A stretch of 64,000 bases of DNA from an uncultured Chloroflexia bacterium (GTDB lineage Bacteria; Chloroflexota; Chloroflexia; DTKN01): the NCBI GenBank assembly GCA_964592645.1, contig CAZQFV010000017.1, forward strand, positions 306 to 64,305, in the 5' to 3' direction. Position 1 is the stretch's first letter; each line of letters starts with the position of its first letter. Shown here one piece after another: positions 27,318-37,186 of the stretch. A program made the translations under genes and the position numbers. Under the pieces are notes generated by a model. That model was not told where the DNA came from, did not search any database, and worked only from the letters and a program-made list of their open reading frames with translations.

Positions 27318-28382
27318 TTGCCATCCTGGCTACCGCTCCTCCTGGCGTTTGCCGTCTCCTTTCTCCTGTCGCTGGCCCTGACCCCGCCGGCCCGGCGGCT
27401 GGGGGAGCGCGGCGGCTGGTTCCGGCTTCCCGGCGGCCGGCACTTGCAGAAGCAGCCCATTGCGCGCAGCGGCGGCATCGCCCTGGCGCTGGCGACCACG
27501 GCGGCGCTGTTGCTGCTCCTGGTGCTGCCGATCCCCCGGCCGGCCGGCGAGGCGGTGCGGGTGGGGCTGCTGATCGGCGGTCCGCTCCTGATGTTTGCCC
27601 TGGTCCTGCGCGACGACATCCGCGAGATGGCTCCCTGGGCGAAGCTGGTGTTGCAGATCGCCGCGGCGGCGGTGGCCATCGTCCCCTGGTTCTTGGGGCC
27701 CGCTCTCGATCCGCCGCCCGGTCTGGTCATCACCCAGGTCCAGTGGCCCCTGGGGGGGACGATCTACCTGCCCCTGGTCGTGGCGGTTCTCTTCTCCTTC
27801 TTCTGGATCGTGGGCATGATGAATACGGTCAACTGGCTGGACGGGCTGGACGGCCTGGCGGCGGGGGTGGTGGCCATTGCCGCGTTGCTGCTCTTTGTCC
27901 ACACGCTGCGGCTGGGGCAGTACAGCCTGGCGCCGCTGCCGCTGGCGTTGGCCGGGGCCTGCCTGGGCTTTTTGCCCTACAACTTTCACCCGGCGCGGGT
28001 CTTTATGGGCGATTCGGGGGCCCTTTTCCTGGGCTACAGTCTGGCCATCCTCTCGATCATCGGCGGGGCCAAGATCGCCACGGCGCTGCTGGTGTTGGGC
28101 GTGCCGATCTTGGATGTGGCCTGGGTGATCGTCTTTCGCCTATCGCGCGGGCGCTCCCCACTGCAGGCCGACCGCGGCCACCTGCACCATCGGCTGTTGG
28201 ACCTGGGACTGTCGCCGGTGCAGATCGTGGTCCTGTTCTACGGCTTCTGTGCCGGGTTTGGGCTGTTGGCCCTGCTGCTGCCCAGCGCGCTGCACAAGCT
28301 CATCGCGCTGGTCGCGATGGCCCTGGGCATCGGGGCGCTGTTGTGGTGGCTGGCGCGGCGGGACCTGGATAGGAAACGATAG
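27318..28382 (+). CDS. Glycosyltransferase family 4 (MraY/WecA-type polyprenyl-phosphate sugar-1-phosphate transferase)
   Basis: Polytopic membrane protein with the NTVNWLDGLDGLAAG motif and FMGDSGALFLG. Confidence 0.85.
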   Translation: MPSWLPLLLAFAVSFLLSLALTPPARRLGERGGWFRLPGGRHLQKQPIARSGGIALALATTAALLLLLVLPIPRPAGEAVRVGLLIGGPLLMFALVLRDDIREMAPWAKLVLQIAAAAVAIVPWFLGPALDPPPGLVITQVQWPLGGTIYLPLVVAVLFSFFWIVGMMNTVNWLDGLDGLAAGVVAIAALLLFVHTLRLGQYSLAPLPLALAGACLGFLPYNFHPARVFMGDSGALFLGYSLAILSIIGGAKIATALLVLGVPILDVAWVIVFRLSRGRSPLQADRGHLHHRLLDLGLSPVQIVVLFYGFCAGFGLLALLLPSALHKLIALVAMALGIGALLWWLARRDLDRKR

Positions 28383-28391
28383 GAGGCGAGC

Positions 28392-28820
28392 ATGATCCAA
28401 GCAGCGCAGCTCCAGTTGGGGCGGGCCTTCTTCGGGCGGCTGCCGGCCGAGGGGGACATTGTCGGCGCGTTGACCGAGTTCTGCCGGCAGCAGGGCATCC
28501 ACGCCGGGTGGCTCTCAGCCATCGGGACGGTGCGCCGGGCGGAGGTGGGCTATTTCGACCATGAGCGGGGCGAGTACCGGCATATCGCGGTGGCACAGTT
28601 TATGGAGATCGTCTCCTGCCAGGGGAACGTTTCCCTGAAGGACGGGGCCCCCTTTGTGCACCTGCACGTCGTCCTTTCCGGGCCGGAGGGCCAGACGGTG
28701 GCCGGCCACCTTTTCGAAAGCACGGTCTTTGTGGGCGAGTTCTACCTGCAGGAGGTGACGGGGGCGGAGCTGGTGCGCCGGCCCGATGCCGCGAGCAGGC
28801 TCTCCCTGTGGGATCTGTAG
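28392..28820 (+). CDS. PPC (DUF296) domain protein
   Basis: GDIVGALTEFCRQQGIHAGWLSAIGTV..., GNVSLKDGAPFVHLHVVLSG, GHLFESTV. AGGAGG lies 5 nt upstream. Confidence 0.75.
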   Translation: MIQAAQLQLGRAFFGRLPAEGDIVGALTEFCRQQGIHAGWLSAIGTVRRAEVGYFDHERGEYRHIAVAQFMEIVSCQGNVSLKDGAPFVHLHVVLSGPEGQTVAGHLFESTVFVGEFYLQEVTGAELVRRPDAASRLSLWDL

Positions 28821-28872
28821 ACCGAGGGCGGCGAGCCGGAAGCCGAAGGCTGCCCCGCTCCTTTCGCCCAAC

Positions 28873-28901
28873 TTGACGATGCGCGGAAATGGCGATATAA
28901 T
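28873..28901 (+). promoter_or_regulatory. Near-consensus sigma-70 promoter of tRNA-Asn
   Basis: TTGACG (28873-28878), 17-nt spacer, TATAAT (28896-28901). The tRNA starts at 28915. Confidence 0.7.
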
Positions 28902-28914
28902 ACCCTTGCGCCGT

Positions 28915-28987
28915 TTCCCGGTAGCTCAATCGGCAGAGCGGCTGACTGTTAATCAGTAGGTTGGTGGTTCGAGTCCACCCCGGGAAG
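28915..28987 (+). tRNA. tRNA-Asn (GTT)
   Basis: Hand-folded 73-nt cloverleaf. Acceptor TTCCCGG/CCGGGAA, D-arm GCTC/GAGC, anticodon loop CTGTTAA, T-arm GGTGG-TTCGAGT-CCACC, discriminator G. No encoded CCA. Confidence 0.9.
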
Positions 28988-29117
28988 CTCAAGCCAGTTC
29001 GTTGCTGGCCGTATTTCGGTTTTCCGGGGTAGATGTCGCCGACAGCATCGCCGCCGGTCCCGGTTCGTTCGGGCCGGCGGTTGCGTTTTGTCCGCGAGCT
29101 TTGCGGGGCGAGGCAGC

Positions 29118-29359
29118 GATGGCCGAACAGCCCCTGACCTTTCGCCGGGCCGTGCAGTGCGACGGCTTTTCCGCCGAGCAGCTCAGGGAGCGGGGATTCG
29201 TAGCAGAAAGGCCTGGTCCAGACCGTCGTCCGCCGGCAAGCCCCGGGGGACCTGCCCTTTGCCGAGGCGCTGCATGCCGCACGTCTCGGCCTCTGGCGGG
29301 CCATCCTGGGCTACGACCCCGTGCGAGGCCTGGCGTTCTCCACCTACGCCTGGCCGATA
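29118..29359 (+). pseudogene. Sigma-70-family sigma factor fragment (region 2-like), frameshifted
   Basis: Frame 2 reads GDLPFAEALHAARLGLWRAILGYDPVRGLAFSTYAWPI, compared with the sigma region 2 pattern G..GL..A...FDP.RG..FSTYA...I. The N-terminal part lies in another frame and the gene is not intact. Confidence 0.4.
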
Positions 29360-29394
29360 CCCAGTACCCGCCGCCGCAGTGTCCCTATCTCGAC

Positions 29395-29685
29395 TCGCCG
29401 CGGGGGCTCTTGCTCAATATCGGGGAGCGCTTCGCCGATGGCTCGATCCGCCTGGTCCGCGACGAGGTCGTCGAAAGTCCCGCCTGGGAGCAACTCTATC
29501 ACCGCGGGCGCAATGCGGTGGAGGGGCGGAACGCGAAACGGGAGCAGTGGGACCAGAAACGCTTGCCGGTCTATGGCCCGGAACGGGGCAAGTCCTATGC
29601 CTTCTTGAGCGACGTGTGGGACAATCTGACAACGTTGGCCCGGCTCGTGCGAGAAGCCACGGCCGCGACCGGCTATCGATGTTGA
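29395..29685 (+). pseudogene. DDE transposase (IS4/IS5-like) C-terminal remnant
   Basis: ...WEQLYHRGRNAVEGRNAKREQWDQKRLPVYGPERGKSYAFLSDVWDNLTTLARLVRE resembles the Y-x2-R-x3-E ... K tail of DDE_Tnp_1-type transposases. No intact N-terminal catalytic region is present. Confidence 0.45.
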
Positions 29686-30025
29686 ACCGGGGTGCAAGGG
29701 AGTTCCGGCCCCGCGCTTCTGGGGGCCCGCTTCCGTCTGCCCACCGTACGGTTCATCACCCCGCAAACGGCCCTCCGACCGCTTGGAGCTCCACATCGGG
29801 CGTTGTTTTGCTCCTGAACCGCAGTGTTACCCATTCCGTGTCGGGTGGGGGTCCCCTTCTGCTTCGTTTTGGGGCGGATTGAGGAGAGCCTCTCGGCCAT
29901 CCACCTTTTCCGCCTTCAGCGCAATGGCCTCGCGCAGCAGCGCCGTGACATCGCAGGCGAACCGCACCGCGCCGCGGGTCTTGCCGGCTTCGATGACAGA
30001 GGGGACGCTAAACAAGTACGCTGGA

Positions 30026-31423
30026 TTATTTCCCTATCCAGATCACCCGTTCGTAGCGGTCTACATAGCCCGGCTTCAGGCTTTCATCGTTGACCAGGAT
30101 GTCGAATTCCTCTTCACCGGCAAGCGCCTCCTTGAGCGCCTTCCCCAGGGCGCGCAGGATCTCGACATCCTGCGGGTTTACCCTTCCCTGTGTCTTCTCA
30201 GTGATGACGGCCGGGAGCACGTTCCACAAATCCCCGCCGCTGTACTCCGCCCCCTTGCCGGCGATACATCCCTCTCGATCGGGCAATTCCGCGCTGCAGT
30301 AAATGCCTCCTGGAATGTGGTAGCCGGCGGGGATGACGATCGCCAAGGCAGCCCTGGTTTTCGAGGGCGTGTGGGTGCGGGCGTAGTGGTTGAGATGTTT
30401 GGCAAGCGCGATGACCTCTTCTGTGGTCAGTGTACCATCGGCATGATTGGCCCAGAAGAAAAAGTAGGTGGCTCCTCTCTCGTACAGTTCTTCCAGAATC
30501 ATCTCTCGCAAGTGGGGCGGGGTCCCGAGATACACCCCATAACCCCAGGTTTTGCCAAAATGATCAGAAGCGCCCCGCTCGAAGGCGGCAATGAGGCGGA
30601 CATAGTTTTCGGGCGTTTCGGGGATGCCGGTGTCGAACGACGCATTGAAGAAATGAATCTGTTGCAGGAAAAAGCCGCCGAGACCTTCTACCCAAAAGCC
30701 ATCTGAACCGGCCTCCAAATCGTACCAGGCGAGGGACTCGAAGGTGTTGGCAGTGGGGAGAGGGGTGTTTCGCTCCTGCCCGCCACTCATTGGGCTGCGC
30801 CTTTCTTCTGTCAGCAATCTTGCCACGTACCGCACGTAGAACTCGGAGGCGGTGCGAACATCAGAAGCGCCGGTAAAGGTTTCATCGGGGAAATAGGCGT
30901 AAGGCTCATCCAGCCATATAGCTCCACTGGTAAAATTTTCGTCCTCCGGCGGCTGCGGGCATGCCGTCATCAGTTCGTTGTTCTTGTAGGTGGGAATGCT
31001 GTGATAGTACCTGATGCCATAAGGCTTGACGGCCGTAACGAATGCGCAGCGCAGCTCATACTGCCGTCGCATGTCCTTGGCCATGAACTCGATCGGTGCC
31101 GAGATTTCATTGATCCCTGCCTCAATCAAGGCAGGCAGTTGGCTGAAGTCAAAATCGCCGAATTGTGTCACCCCATCCGCATCTACGCCGAGAACCTGCC
31201 GGGGTGCGAAGGTGGCCAGGATGAGTTGGCGTGAGGTCTTGGTAGGCTGTTGTGGTTGTGGCGGAGAAGGCGCGGTAGTCGGAGAGACACAGCCGCTGAG
31301 CAGCAAAACAATAATCCAAACCAGGGGCAGTGTAAGATTGTATGGTGCCCGGGCACGGTATCGCGCATATTGCTCGCCAAAACTTTGCGCAAATGTTCCT
31401 CTTCTGTCAGCACCCCATTTCAT
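30026..31423 (-). CDS. Hypothetical lipoprotein
   Basis: Lipobox VLLLSGC followed by a Pro/Thr-rich linker. AT-richer codon usage than the flanks. The ORF extends to 31495, so the start is uncertain. No family recognised. Confidence 0.7.
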   Translation of the reverse strand: MKWGADRRGTFAQSFGEQYARYRARAPYNLTLPLVWIIVLLLSGCVSPTTAPSPPQPQQPTKTSRQLILATFAPRQVLGVDADGVTQFGDFDFSQLPALIEAGINEISAPIEFMAKDMRRQYELRCAFVTAVKPYGIRYYHSIPTYKNNELMTACPQPPEDENFTSGAIWLDEPYAYFPDETFTGASDVRTASEFYVRYVARLLTEERRSPMSGGQERNTPLPTANTFESLAWYDLEAGSDGFWVEGLGGFFLQQIHFFNASFDTGIPETPENYVRLIAAFERGASDHFGKTWGYGVYLGTPPHLREMILEELYERGATYFFFWANHADGTLTTEEVIALAKHLNHYARTHTPSKTRAALAIVIPAGYHIPGGIYCSAELPDREGCIAGKGAEYSGGDLWNVLPAVITEKTQGRVNPQDVEILRALGKALKEALAGEEEFDILVNDESLKPGYVDRYERVIWIGK

Positions 31424-31505
31424 CTTCCACCTCTTGCGAAGTAACCATCGAGCCTCGATCCTCGCGACCTTTAGCCGTCCAACGGTCGGGTTCATCGTTT
31501 ATCTC

Positions 31506-32984
31506 TTAGCTCAAACCGTTCTCCCGCAATAGTTTGGTGATGCTCTCAGAGCGTCTTCCAGTCGCGAAGTCTAGCAAGCCGCGTTCGGGTAGGGGTTTAC
31601 CGTCCCAATTTCTACCGGCCGGCACGCGATAATGGATATCGGCACCGCGTTGGATGAGCATTTGGGTCATACGTAACAAGCCGCCGCTAACAGAAAACAC
31701 CAATGGTGTCCAACCCCTCAGGCCGATATGAGTGCCAAACCCACCATGGACGGCATTCACATCGGCTCCTTCCGAAATGAGCCAGTTTGCCATATCGTAG
31801 TAATTATTCTGGACGGCCACCATCAGCGGGGTGTATCCAAAGCCGTCGGGTTCATTGGGATCGTTGCCGGCTTCCAGTAGAAATTCGGCCACTGGTAGAT
31901 GCCCTTTCCCAACCGCCAGATGGAAAGCGGTCCGTCCATCGCTCGCGCCCCCGGTAAGCGTGGTGAGCCTGGCGTGAATATCTGCGCCCTGGCTGACCAA
32001 GTAGCGCACCATTTCGAGATGCCCCGAACCGGCGGCAGTGATAAGCGGTGTCCCGCCAAAATGATCAGGGGCATCGATGTTTGCACCCCGCCGGATCAGT
32101 TCTTTCGCCAGGGGCAGACAGCCGTGGTTGGCCGCCCACCACAAGGCAGTTTGGCCGCGCCGAGGGTGGAATTCCCCCTTCAGGTCGCAGCGAGCAAAGT
32201 GGATATCTGCGCCTCGCTCGATCAGGAGTTTGGCGATATCGCAATGCCCCAACAGGGCTGACAGGACCAGGGCCGAACAACCATAGTACTCGCCGCCTTT
32301 CACAACTGCATTGATATCTGCTCCATCGTTCAATGCCTTTTCGACAGCGGATATGTTGTTCAGGGCGACTCCAAGCAGCAAGCACCGGCTAGGAGAGGCT
32401 GAGGGCGATATCTCGAAAGCAGGGCGGGCTTGTGGTTTTGGCGGCCGGAATGGCTCGGCTTGCAAGCCATGAGCGCTAAGGACTGCCCTAACATCTCTTG
32501 CCAGCAGGTCTGGGTTGTTTATATAGTCCATGAAGCGGTCATAACGCTCGTCCACAAACCCCAAGGCGATCGCTTGCGCACCCCGAGTTTGCTCGTCACT
32601 CGGATCGAATGGCACCCGTAGAAAATCGAGCATCAACTTGGGTAGGTCGGGGTGATATTGGTCTTGCAGGAGTTCAACGATCGCCCGTTTCTTCGGCCAA
32701 TCATGCTCGCGCCAATATTTCCTCATAAGGTATGGAACGACTTGTTTCGTGACCTGATCCCGGGCCGCCTCTATCTGCTGGGGGTTACCGGACCGAATGA
32801 TTCTCCCAAGCCGCCAGCGCCTTGTATTCAGCCAGCAATAGGCCGGTATGGCTACCAACGCAACGAAAATCAAACCGAGAAACAGCGTATTTGGGGAGAG
32901 GAGGACCGACAATTTCCGACTCGCTTTCTGCTGCCGGTAGGCTCGCATTACTCCTGGGGCAAAAGTGGCTCCAGTACGGCCCAC
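31506..32984 (-). CDS. Membrane-anchored ankyrin-repeat protein
   Basis: One N-terminal TM helix (LFLGLIFVALVAIPAYCWL), then at least 6 ANK units, for example GQTALWWAANHGCLPLAKELIRRGANIDAPD and GGTPLITAAGSGHLEMVRYLVSQGADIH. Confidence 0.85.
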   Translation of the reverse strand: MGRTGATFAPGVMRAYRQQKASRKLSVLLSPNTLFLGLIFVALVAIPAYCWLNTRRWRLGRIIRSGNPQQIEAARDQVTKQVVPYLMRKYWREHDWPKKRAIVELLQDQYHPDLPKLMLDFLRVPFDPSDEQTRGAQAIALGFVDERYDRFMDYINNPDLLARDVRAVLSAHGLQAEPFRPPKPQARPAFEISPSASPSRCLLLGVALNNISAVEKALNDGADINAVVKGGEYYGCSALVLSALLGHCDIAKLLIERGADIHFARCDLKGEFHPRRGQTALWWAANHGCLPLAKELIRRGANIDAPDHFGGTPLITAAGSGHLEMVRYLVSQGADIHARLTTLTGGASDGRTAFHLAVGKGHLPVAEFLLEAGNDPNEPDGFGYTPLMVAVQNNYYDMANWLISEGADVNAVHGGFGTHIGLRGWTPLVFSVSGGLLRMTQMLIQRGADIHYRVPAGRNWDGKPLPERGLLDFATGRRSESITKLLRENGLS

Positions 32985-33461
32985 CCTTCATCTGTTAGAT
33001 CCATTGCTCACCTCGATCATCGTGGTGAGCATAGTATTATACACCATCTTACGGATCTATGAGATGACTTCTAATACAATGCCGTATAGAAGATATTGCG
33101 GGAGCGTGACACCATTATACAAAAAAGGATTGCCCATGTCAATATGGAAGCGGTAGTGACCGGTGGACTTTCGGAAAAAGTCGCAGGGGATTCTCCGTCC
33201 CCTGCCTTCTCCGGTGCTCAGACAGCCGGTGCTCGGATCGGCGCCTGATCGCCCTCCTCTCGCAGGTAGGCGGTCAGCGTCGTGTCCGCGCTTGCCCAAA
33301 ATTGCCCCCGATGGCCGAAACCCTGGCCTGTCCCCTGCCGGTGCCGGCCGATGCAGCCCTGACCCCACGCCCTTCTCGTGGAGGCGCAGCCCGTGTAGCG
33401 CCCCATCTGGGGCGAGATTCCCCTTTGCCTTCCGTTTTGGGCAATCACCGGCGCCGGTGAG

Positions 33462-33491
33462 CTGGCAAGAGGGGCCGCCCTGTGATATAAT
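33462..33491 (+). promoter_or_regulatory. Candidate promoter of the defence operon, with an extended -10
   Basis: CTGGCA, 18 nt, TGaTATAAT (TATAAT at 33486-33491), about 160 nt upstream of the SNF2 start. Confidence 0.35.
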
Positions 33492-33648
33492 GCGCAACAA
33501 GAAACAAAAACCCCGCGGCTTCGACGGAGCCCGGGGCACGGCCAAGGCGGGCGGCGCCCTGACAGATACTCTAACACCTGCCCGCCGACGGCAAGTTGGG
33601 CGGGCCTGCACGTGGGGGCCGTTACTGCACCCGGCGAGGGGATCTACT

Positions 33649-36600
33649 GTGACCGTCTTGGAGTGCCTTCAGCCCGGCGTCCGCCTCTATGACCGCCGCC
33701 TGGGGCGAGACCGCCAACTGCACCAGGTCGAACTCTATGGTCGCGTCGCCTTCCTGAGTTTCCTCGACCCGCAAACCGGAGCCGTTGACCGCCAGCCGTT
33801 CCCCCTGGACGAGATCGAGACTCGCTTCGAAGTGCCGGCGGCCGGCGGGGCGCTGTTCCACGGCGATCCCGAGGTCGTCCGGCTGATTGCCGAAGCCTAC
33901 CGCCTGCAACACGCCTACCTGTTCAACCCGGTTTTTGCCACCGAAACGTCCCTGATCGACCTGTTGCCCCACCAGTTGGCGGCGGTGTACGGCGTGCCGG
34001 CCGCCGACAACGGACCCGCCGGGCACCCCGGCCTCCTGGACCACCCCCGCCTGCGCTTCCTCCTGGCCGACGACGCCGGAGCCGGCAAGACGATCATGGC
34101 CGGCCTCTACATCCGCGAGATGCTCCTGCGCCACGCCGTGCAGCGCGTGCTCATCGTTTCCCCCGCCGGCCTGGTGGACAACTGGGAAAGGGAATTGCGC
34201 CGCTTCTTTGGGCTGCGCTTCCGCCCCATTGTGGGCAGCGACCTGGACGAGACCCACCGTCCCTTTGACGACCCCCGCTATAACCTGGCGTTGATCAGTG
34301 TGGACACCCTGGCCCGCGAACGGATGCGCGAGGCCTGCGGCGCGGCCCCGCCCTACGACCTGGTCATCTTCGACGAGGCCCATAAGCTCTCCGCCTGGCG
34401 CGAAAGCGACCTGAGCGAGCGCAAGACGCTCCGCTACCAGGCGGCCGAGGTCGTTGCCCGGCAGGGGCGCCACCTGTTGCTGATGACCGCCACGCCGCAC
34501 ATGGGCCACGACGAGCCCTACTACTTTCTCTGGCGGCTGCTCGATCCGGAGCTGTTCTCCACGGCGAGCGCCGTCCAGGAGTCGACACAGGCCCGGCGTC
34601 GCCACTATATGCTCCGGCGGATGAAGGAGGAGATGGTCCGCTTCAACGGAACACCTCTCTTTCCGCCGCGTCAGAGCGACACCGTCGAGTACCCCCTCGG
34701 CCCGGAGGAATGGAACCTCTACGAACAAGTCACCCACTATTGCCAAACCCACTACGGTCGAGCTCGGCAGCGCAACCGCGGCGCGGCCGGCCTGGCCATG
34801 AGCATCTTGCAGCGCCGCCTGGCCTCGTCCACCCTGGCCCTGTGCAAGTCGTTGGAGCGCCGACAGGAGAAACTGGCCGGCCAGCTGCGCGACCTGGAGG
34901 CCGGCCTGCTGCAACGCGAAGAATGGGAAGCCCGCCAGCGCGCGCTCCCCGACCACGATTTGCGCGACGAAAAGACGGCCGACGAAGAGGAACCGGTTGC
35001 AGGGCAGGAAGAAGGGGACCGGCAGGACGAAGAGGTTGCCGGGGCCACGGATGCTATCGGCGTGGAGGAACTGCGGGCGGAGCTGGCCGAGGTGGGGCAG
35101 CTCGCCCGCCTGGCCCGCGAGGTCCACGGTCTGGAGCAAGAGTCCAAGTTCGAGCGGCTGTGGGAGGCGCTGGAAGAATACCCCGACATCAAGGTGCTGG
35201 TCTTTACCGAGTACCGCGACACGCTCGAGTTCCTGCTGGGCCGCCTGGAGGGCAAGGGACTCACCGGCAAGGTGGCCTCCATCCACGGCGGGATGGACCG
35301 GCGCGCGCGAGGGGAACAGATCGCCCGCTTCCGCGACCCGGCCGGCGCCCGCATCATGGTGGCCACCGATGCGGCCGGCGAGGGCATCAACCTGCAGTTC
35401 TGTTGGCTGCTGATCAACTATGACATCCCCTGGAACCCGGCCCGCCTGGAGCAGCGCATGGGCCGCGTGCACCGCTACAAGCAGGAACACCGCGTCCTGC
35501 TCCTGAACGTCGTCGCGGCCCAGACGCGCGAGGGCACGGTGCTAAAGGTCCTGCTGGACAAGCTGGAGGCTATCCGCCGCGAGCTCGAGTCCGACAAGGT
35601 CTTTGATGTCATCGGCCAGCAGTTCAGCGGCCGGCCGCTGCAGGACCTGATCTTTGAGGCGGTTGTGGAAGGCAAGAAAGAGGAAGCCGTCCGCGAAATC
35701 GAGCGCACCCTATCGGTCGAGCAGGTCCGCCGCAACCTGGAACAGCAGCGCCTCAAGGTCGAGGTGTCCCCCGTGCGGGCCGTGCTGAAAGTCCTGCAGC
35801 AGCAGCGCGAGGTCGCCGAGGTGCGGCGGATGCTGCCGGCCTATGTCCGGCGCTTCTTCGAGTTGGCCGCGCCGCGGATTGGCTTGGGCATCCGGGGGGA
35901 CATCGCCGCACTCTTCTCCTTGGACCCCTGTCCGGACAGTGTCCGGCGGGCGCTCGATACGTACCCCGTCGAGATCCGCGACCGCCTGACCTTTGCGCGT
36001 GACCTGGCCGTGCCTGACATTGTTGGGGATCCCCGGGCAATCTATCTGTACCCGGGCGAGCCGGTGTTCGCGGCGGTCATGGACCTCTTCCTGGGGCACT
36101 ACGAGCCGGAAGCCGCGCGGGGGGCCGTGTACCTGGACGGGGACACCGCCGAACCCTACCTGTTCTACCTCGGCAAGGCGTCGGTCCTGCGCGTGCCGGA
36201 AGCGGCCGGGGAAGAGCCGGAAGTGGTCGCGGAGCACGTCGTGGGGGTCCGCCGCTATGCCGACGGCCGGCTGGAGCAGGCCCCCGCCCATCTGCTGATG
36301 ACCATGCTGGAGCCGGACCCGGACGTGACAGCGGAGGCGGCACTGCCCGCGGAGTTGGTTCAGTTGGCCGGCCAGCGTGGGCCGGTCGAAGCCTTCCTGG
36401 TCGAGCAGTTGGGGCTGCCGGCGCTGAAGGAGCAGCGCGCCGCCGAAGAAGCCCGCCTGCCGGAGCAGCGCCGCAACCTGCTGGTGGCCTACAACCTGCG
36501 CACGGCCGAGCTGCTGTGCCGGCGCGCCCTGCTCAAGGAGCGGGTCGAACGGGGCATCCCGGCGGCCGGCACCAAGCTGCGCGAGTGCGAAGAGGAACTG

Positions 36601-37113
36601 GCCGACCTGGACCGCCGCCGGCGCGAGAGGGAGGCCCATCTGCTCAACGCCCCGGAGCGGCTGCAGGTGGGGCCGGTCAGCCTCTACGTCCAGGCGCTGG
36701 TGCTGCCGGTGCCGCCGGAAGAGGCCGAGCGCCGCCGCGACGCGCAGGCCCAGGAGATCGCCCTGGCCCTGGTGCGCCGGCGCGAGGAGGCCGCCGGGAG
36801 CGTGGTGGAGGATGTCTCCGCGCCGCACCTCAAGGCCGGGTTCGACCTGAAGGTGCTGCGGGCCGACGGCTCGATCCGCTACGTCGAGGTCAAGGGCCGC
36901 CGCGGCCGGCCGGCCGTCGAGCTGACGGCCAACGAGTGGGCCACCGCCGCCAACCACCCCGATCGCTACTGGCTCTACGTGGTCTATGACTGCGAGACCA
37001 CGCCGACGCTCTACCAGGTGCCCGACCCCTTCGGCCGGCTGCTGGCCCGGCAGACCGGGGCGGTGCGGATCAACGCCGGCGAGGTGATGAATGCGGCGGC
37101 ACTCCTCTCTTGA
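33649..37113 (+). CDS. SNF2-family helicase with C-terminal DUF3883 (restriction-endonuclease-like) domain
   Basis: Helicase motifs LLADDAGAGKTIMAG (I), VIFDEAHKL (II), LLMTATPHMG (III) and YDIPWNPARLEQRMGRVHRYKQ (VI). The C-terminus GFDLKVLRADGSIRYVEVKGRRG...LTANEWATA...YWLYVVYD matches the DUF3883 pattern. The GTG 33649 start is provisional. The upstream part of the track ORF is Pro/Arg-rich junk. Confidence 0.85.
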   Translation: MTVLECLQPGVRLYDRRLGRDRQLHQVELYGRVAFLSFLDPQTGAVDRQPFPLDEIETRFEVPAAGGALFHGDPEVVRLIAEAYRLQHAYLFNPVFATETSLIDLLPHQLAAVYGVPAADNGPAGHPGLLDHPRLRFLLADDAGAGKTIMAGLYIREMLLRHAVQRVLIVSPAGLVDNWERELRRFFGLRFRPIVGSDLDETHRPFDDPRYNLALISVDTLARERMREACGAAPPYDLVIFDEAHKLSAWRESDLSERKTLRYQAAEVVARQGRHLLLMTATPHMGHDEPYYFLWRLLDPELFSTASAVQESTQARRRHYMLRRMKEEMVRFNGTPLFPPRQSDTVEYPLGPEEWNLYEQVTHYCQTHYGRARQRNRGAAGLAMSILQRRLASSTLALCKSLERRQEKLAGQLRDLEAGLLQREEWEARQRALPDHDLRDEKTADEEEPVAGQEEGDRQDEEVAGATDAIGVEELRAELAEVGQLARLAREVHGLEQESKFERLWEALEEYPDIKVLVFTEYRDTLEFLLGRLEGKGLTGKVASIHGGMDRRARGEQIARFRDPAGARIMVATDAAGEGINLQFCWLLINYDIPWNPARLEQRMGRVHRYKQEHRVLLLNVVAAQTREGTVLKVLLDKLEAIRRELESDKVFDVIGQQFSGRPLQDLIFEAVVEGKKEEAVREIERTLSVEQVRRNLEQQRLKVEVSPVRAVLKVLQQQREVAEVRRMLPAYVRRFFELAAPRIGLGIRGDIAALFSLDPCPDSVRRALDTYPVEIRDRLTFARDLAVPDIVGDPRAIYLYPGEPVFAAVMDLFLGHYEPEAARGAVYLDGDTAEPYLFYLGKASVLRVPEAAGEEPEVVAEHVVGVRRYADGRLEQAPAHLLMTMLEPDPDVTAEAALPAELVQLAGQRGPVEAFLVEQLGLPALKEQRAAEEARLPEQRRNLLVAYNLRTAELLCRRALLKERVERGIPAAGTKLRECEEELADLDRRRREREAHLLNAPERLQVGPVSLYVQALVLPVPPEEAERRRDAQAQEIALALVRRREEAAGSVVEDVSAPHLKAGFDLKVLRADGSIRYVEVKGRRGRPAVELTANEWATAANHPDRYWLYVVYDCETTPTLYQVPDPFGRLLARQTGAVRINAGEVMNAAALLS

Positions 37114-37186
37114 AAGCGGTGGGGGATAACAGGGCGTCATAGTGTAGTTTGACCAAGTAACCCGCCTATCCTCAAGGAGAATGTCA

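Noticed and set aside
29783-30706. 307-aa plus-strand ORF
   Set aside because: It is antisense to the lipoprotein gene, which has a lipobox, a signal sequence and consistent codon usage. The plus-strand ORF has no motifs.
33163-33648. N-terminal 160 codons of track ORF 33163..37113, and minus-strand ORF 33057..33611
   Set aside because: Pro/Arg/Ser-rich with no RBS. A promoter-like element (33462-33491) lies inside it. Helicase-like sequence only starts after about 33650.
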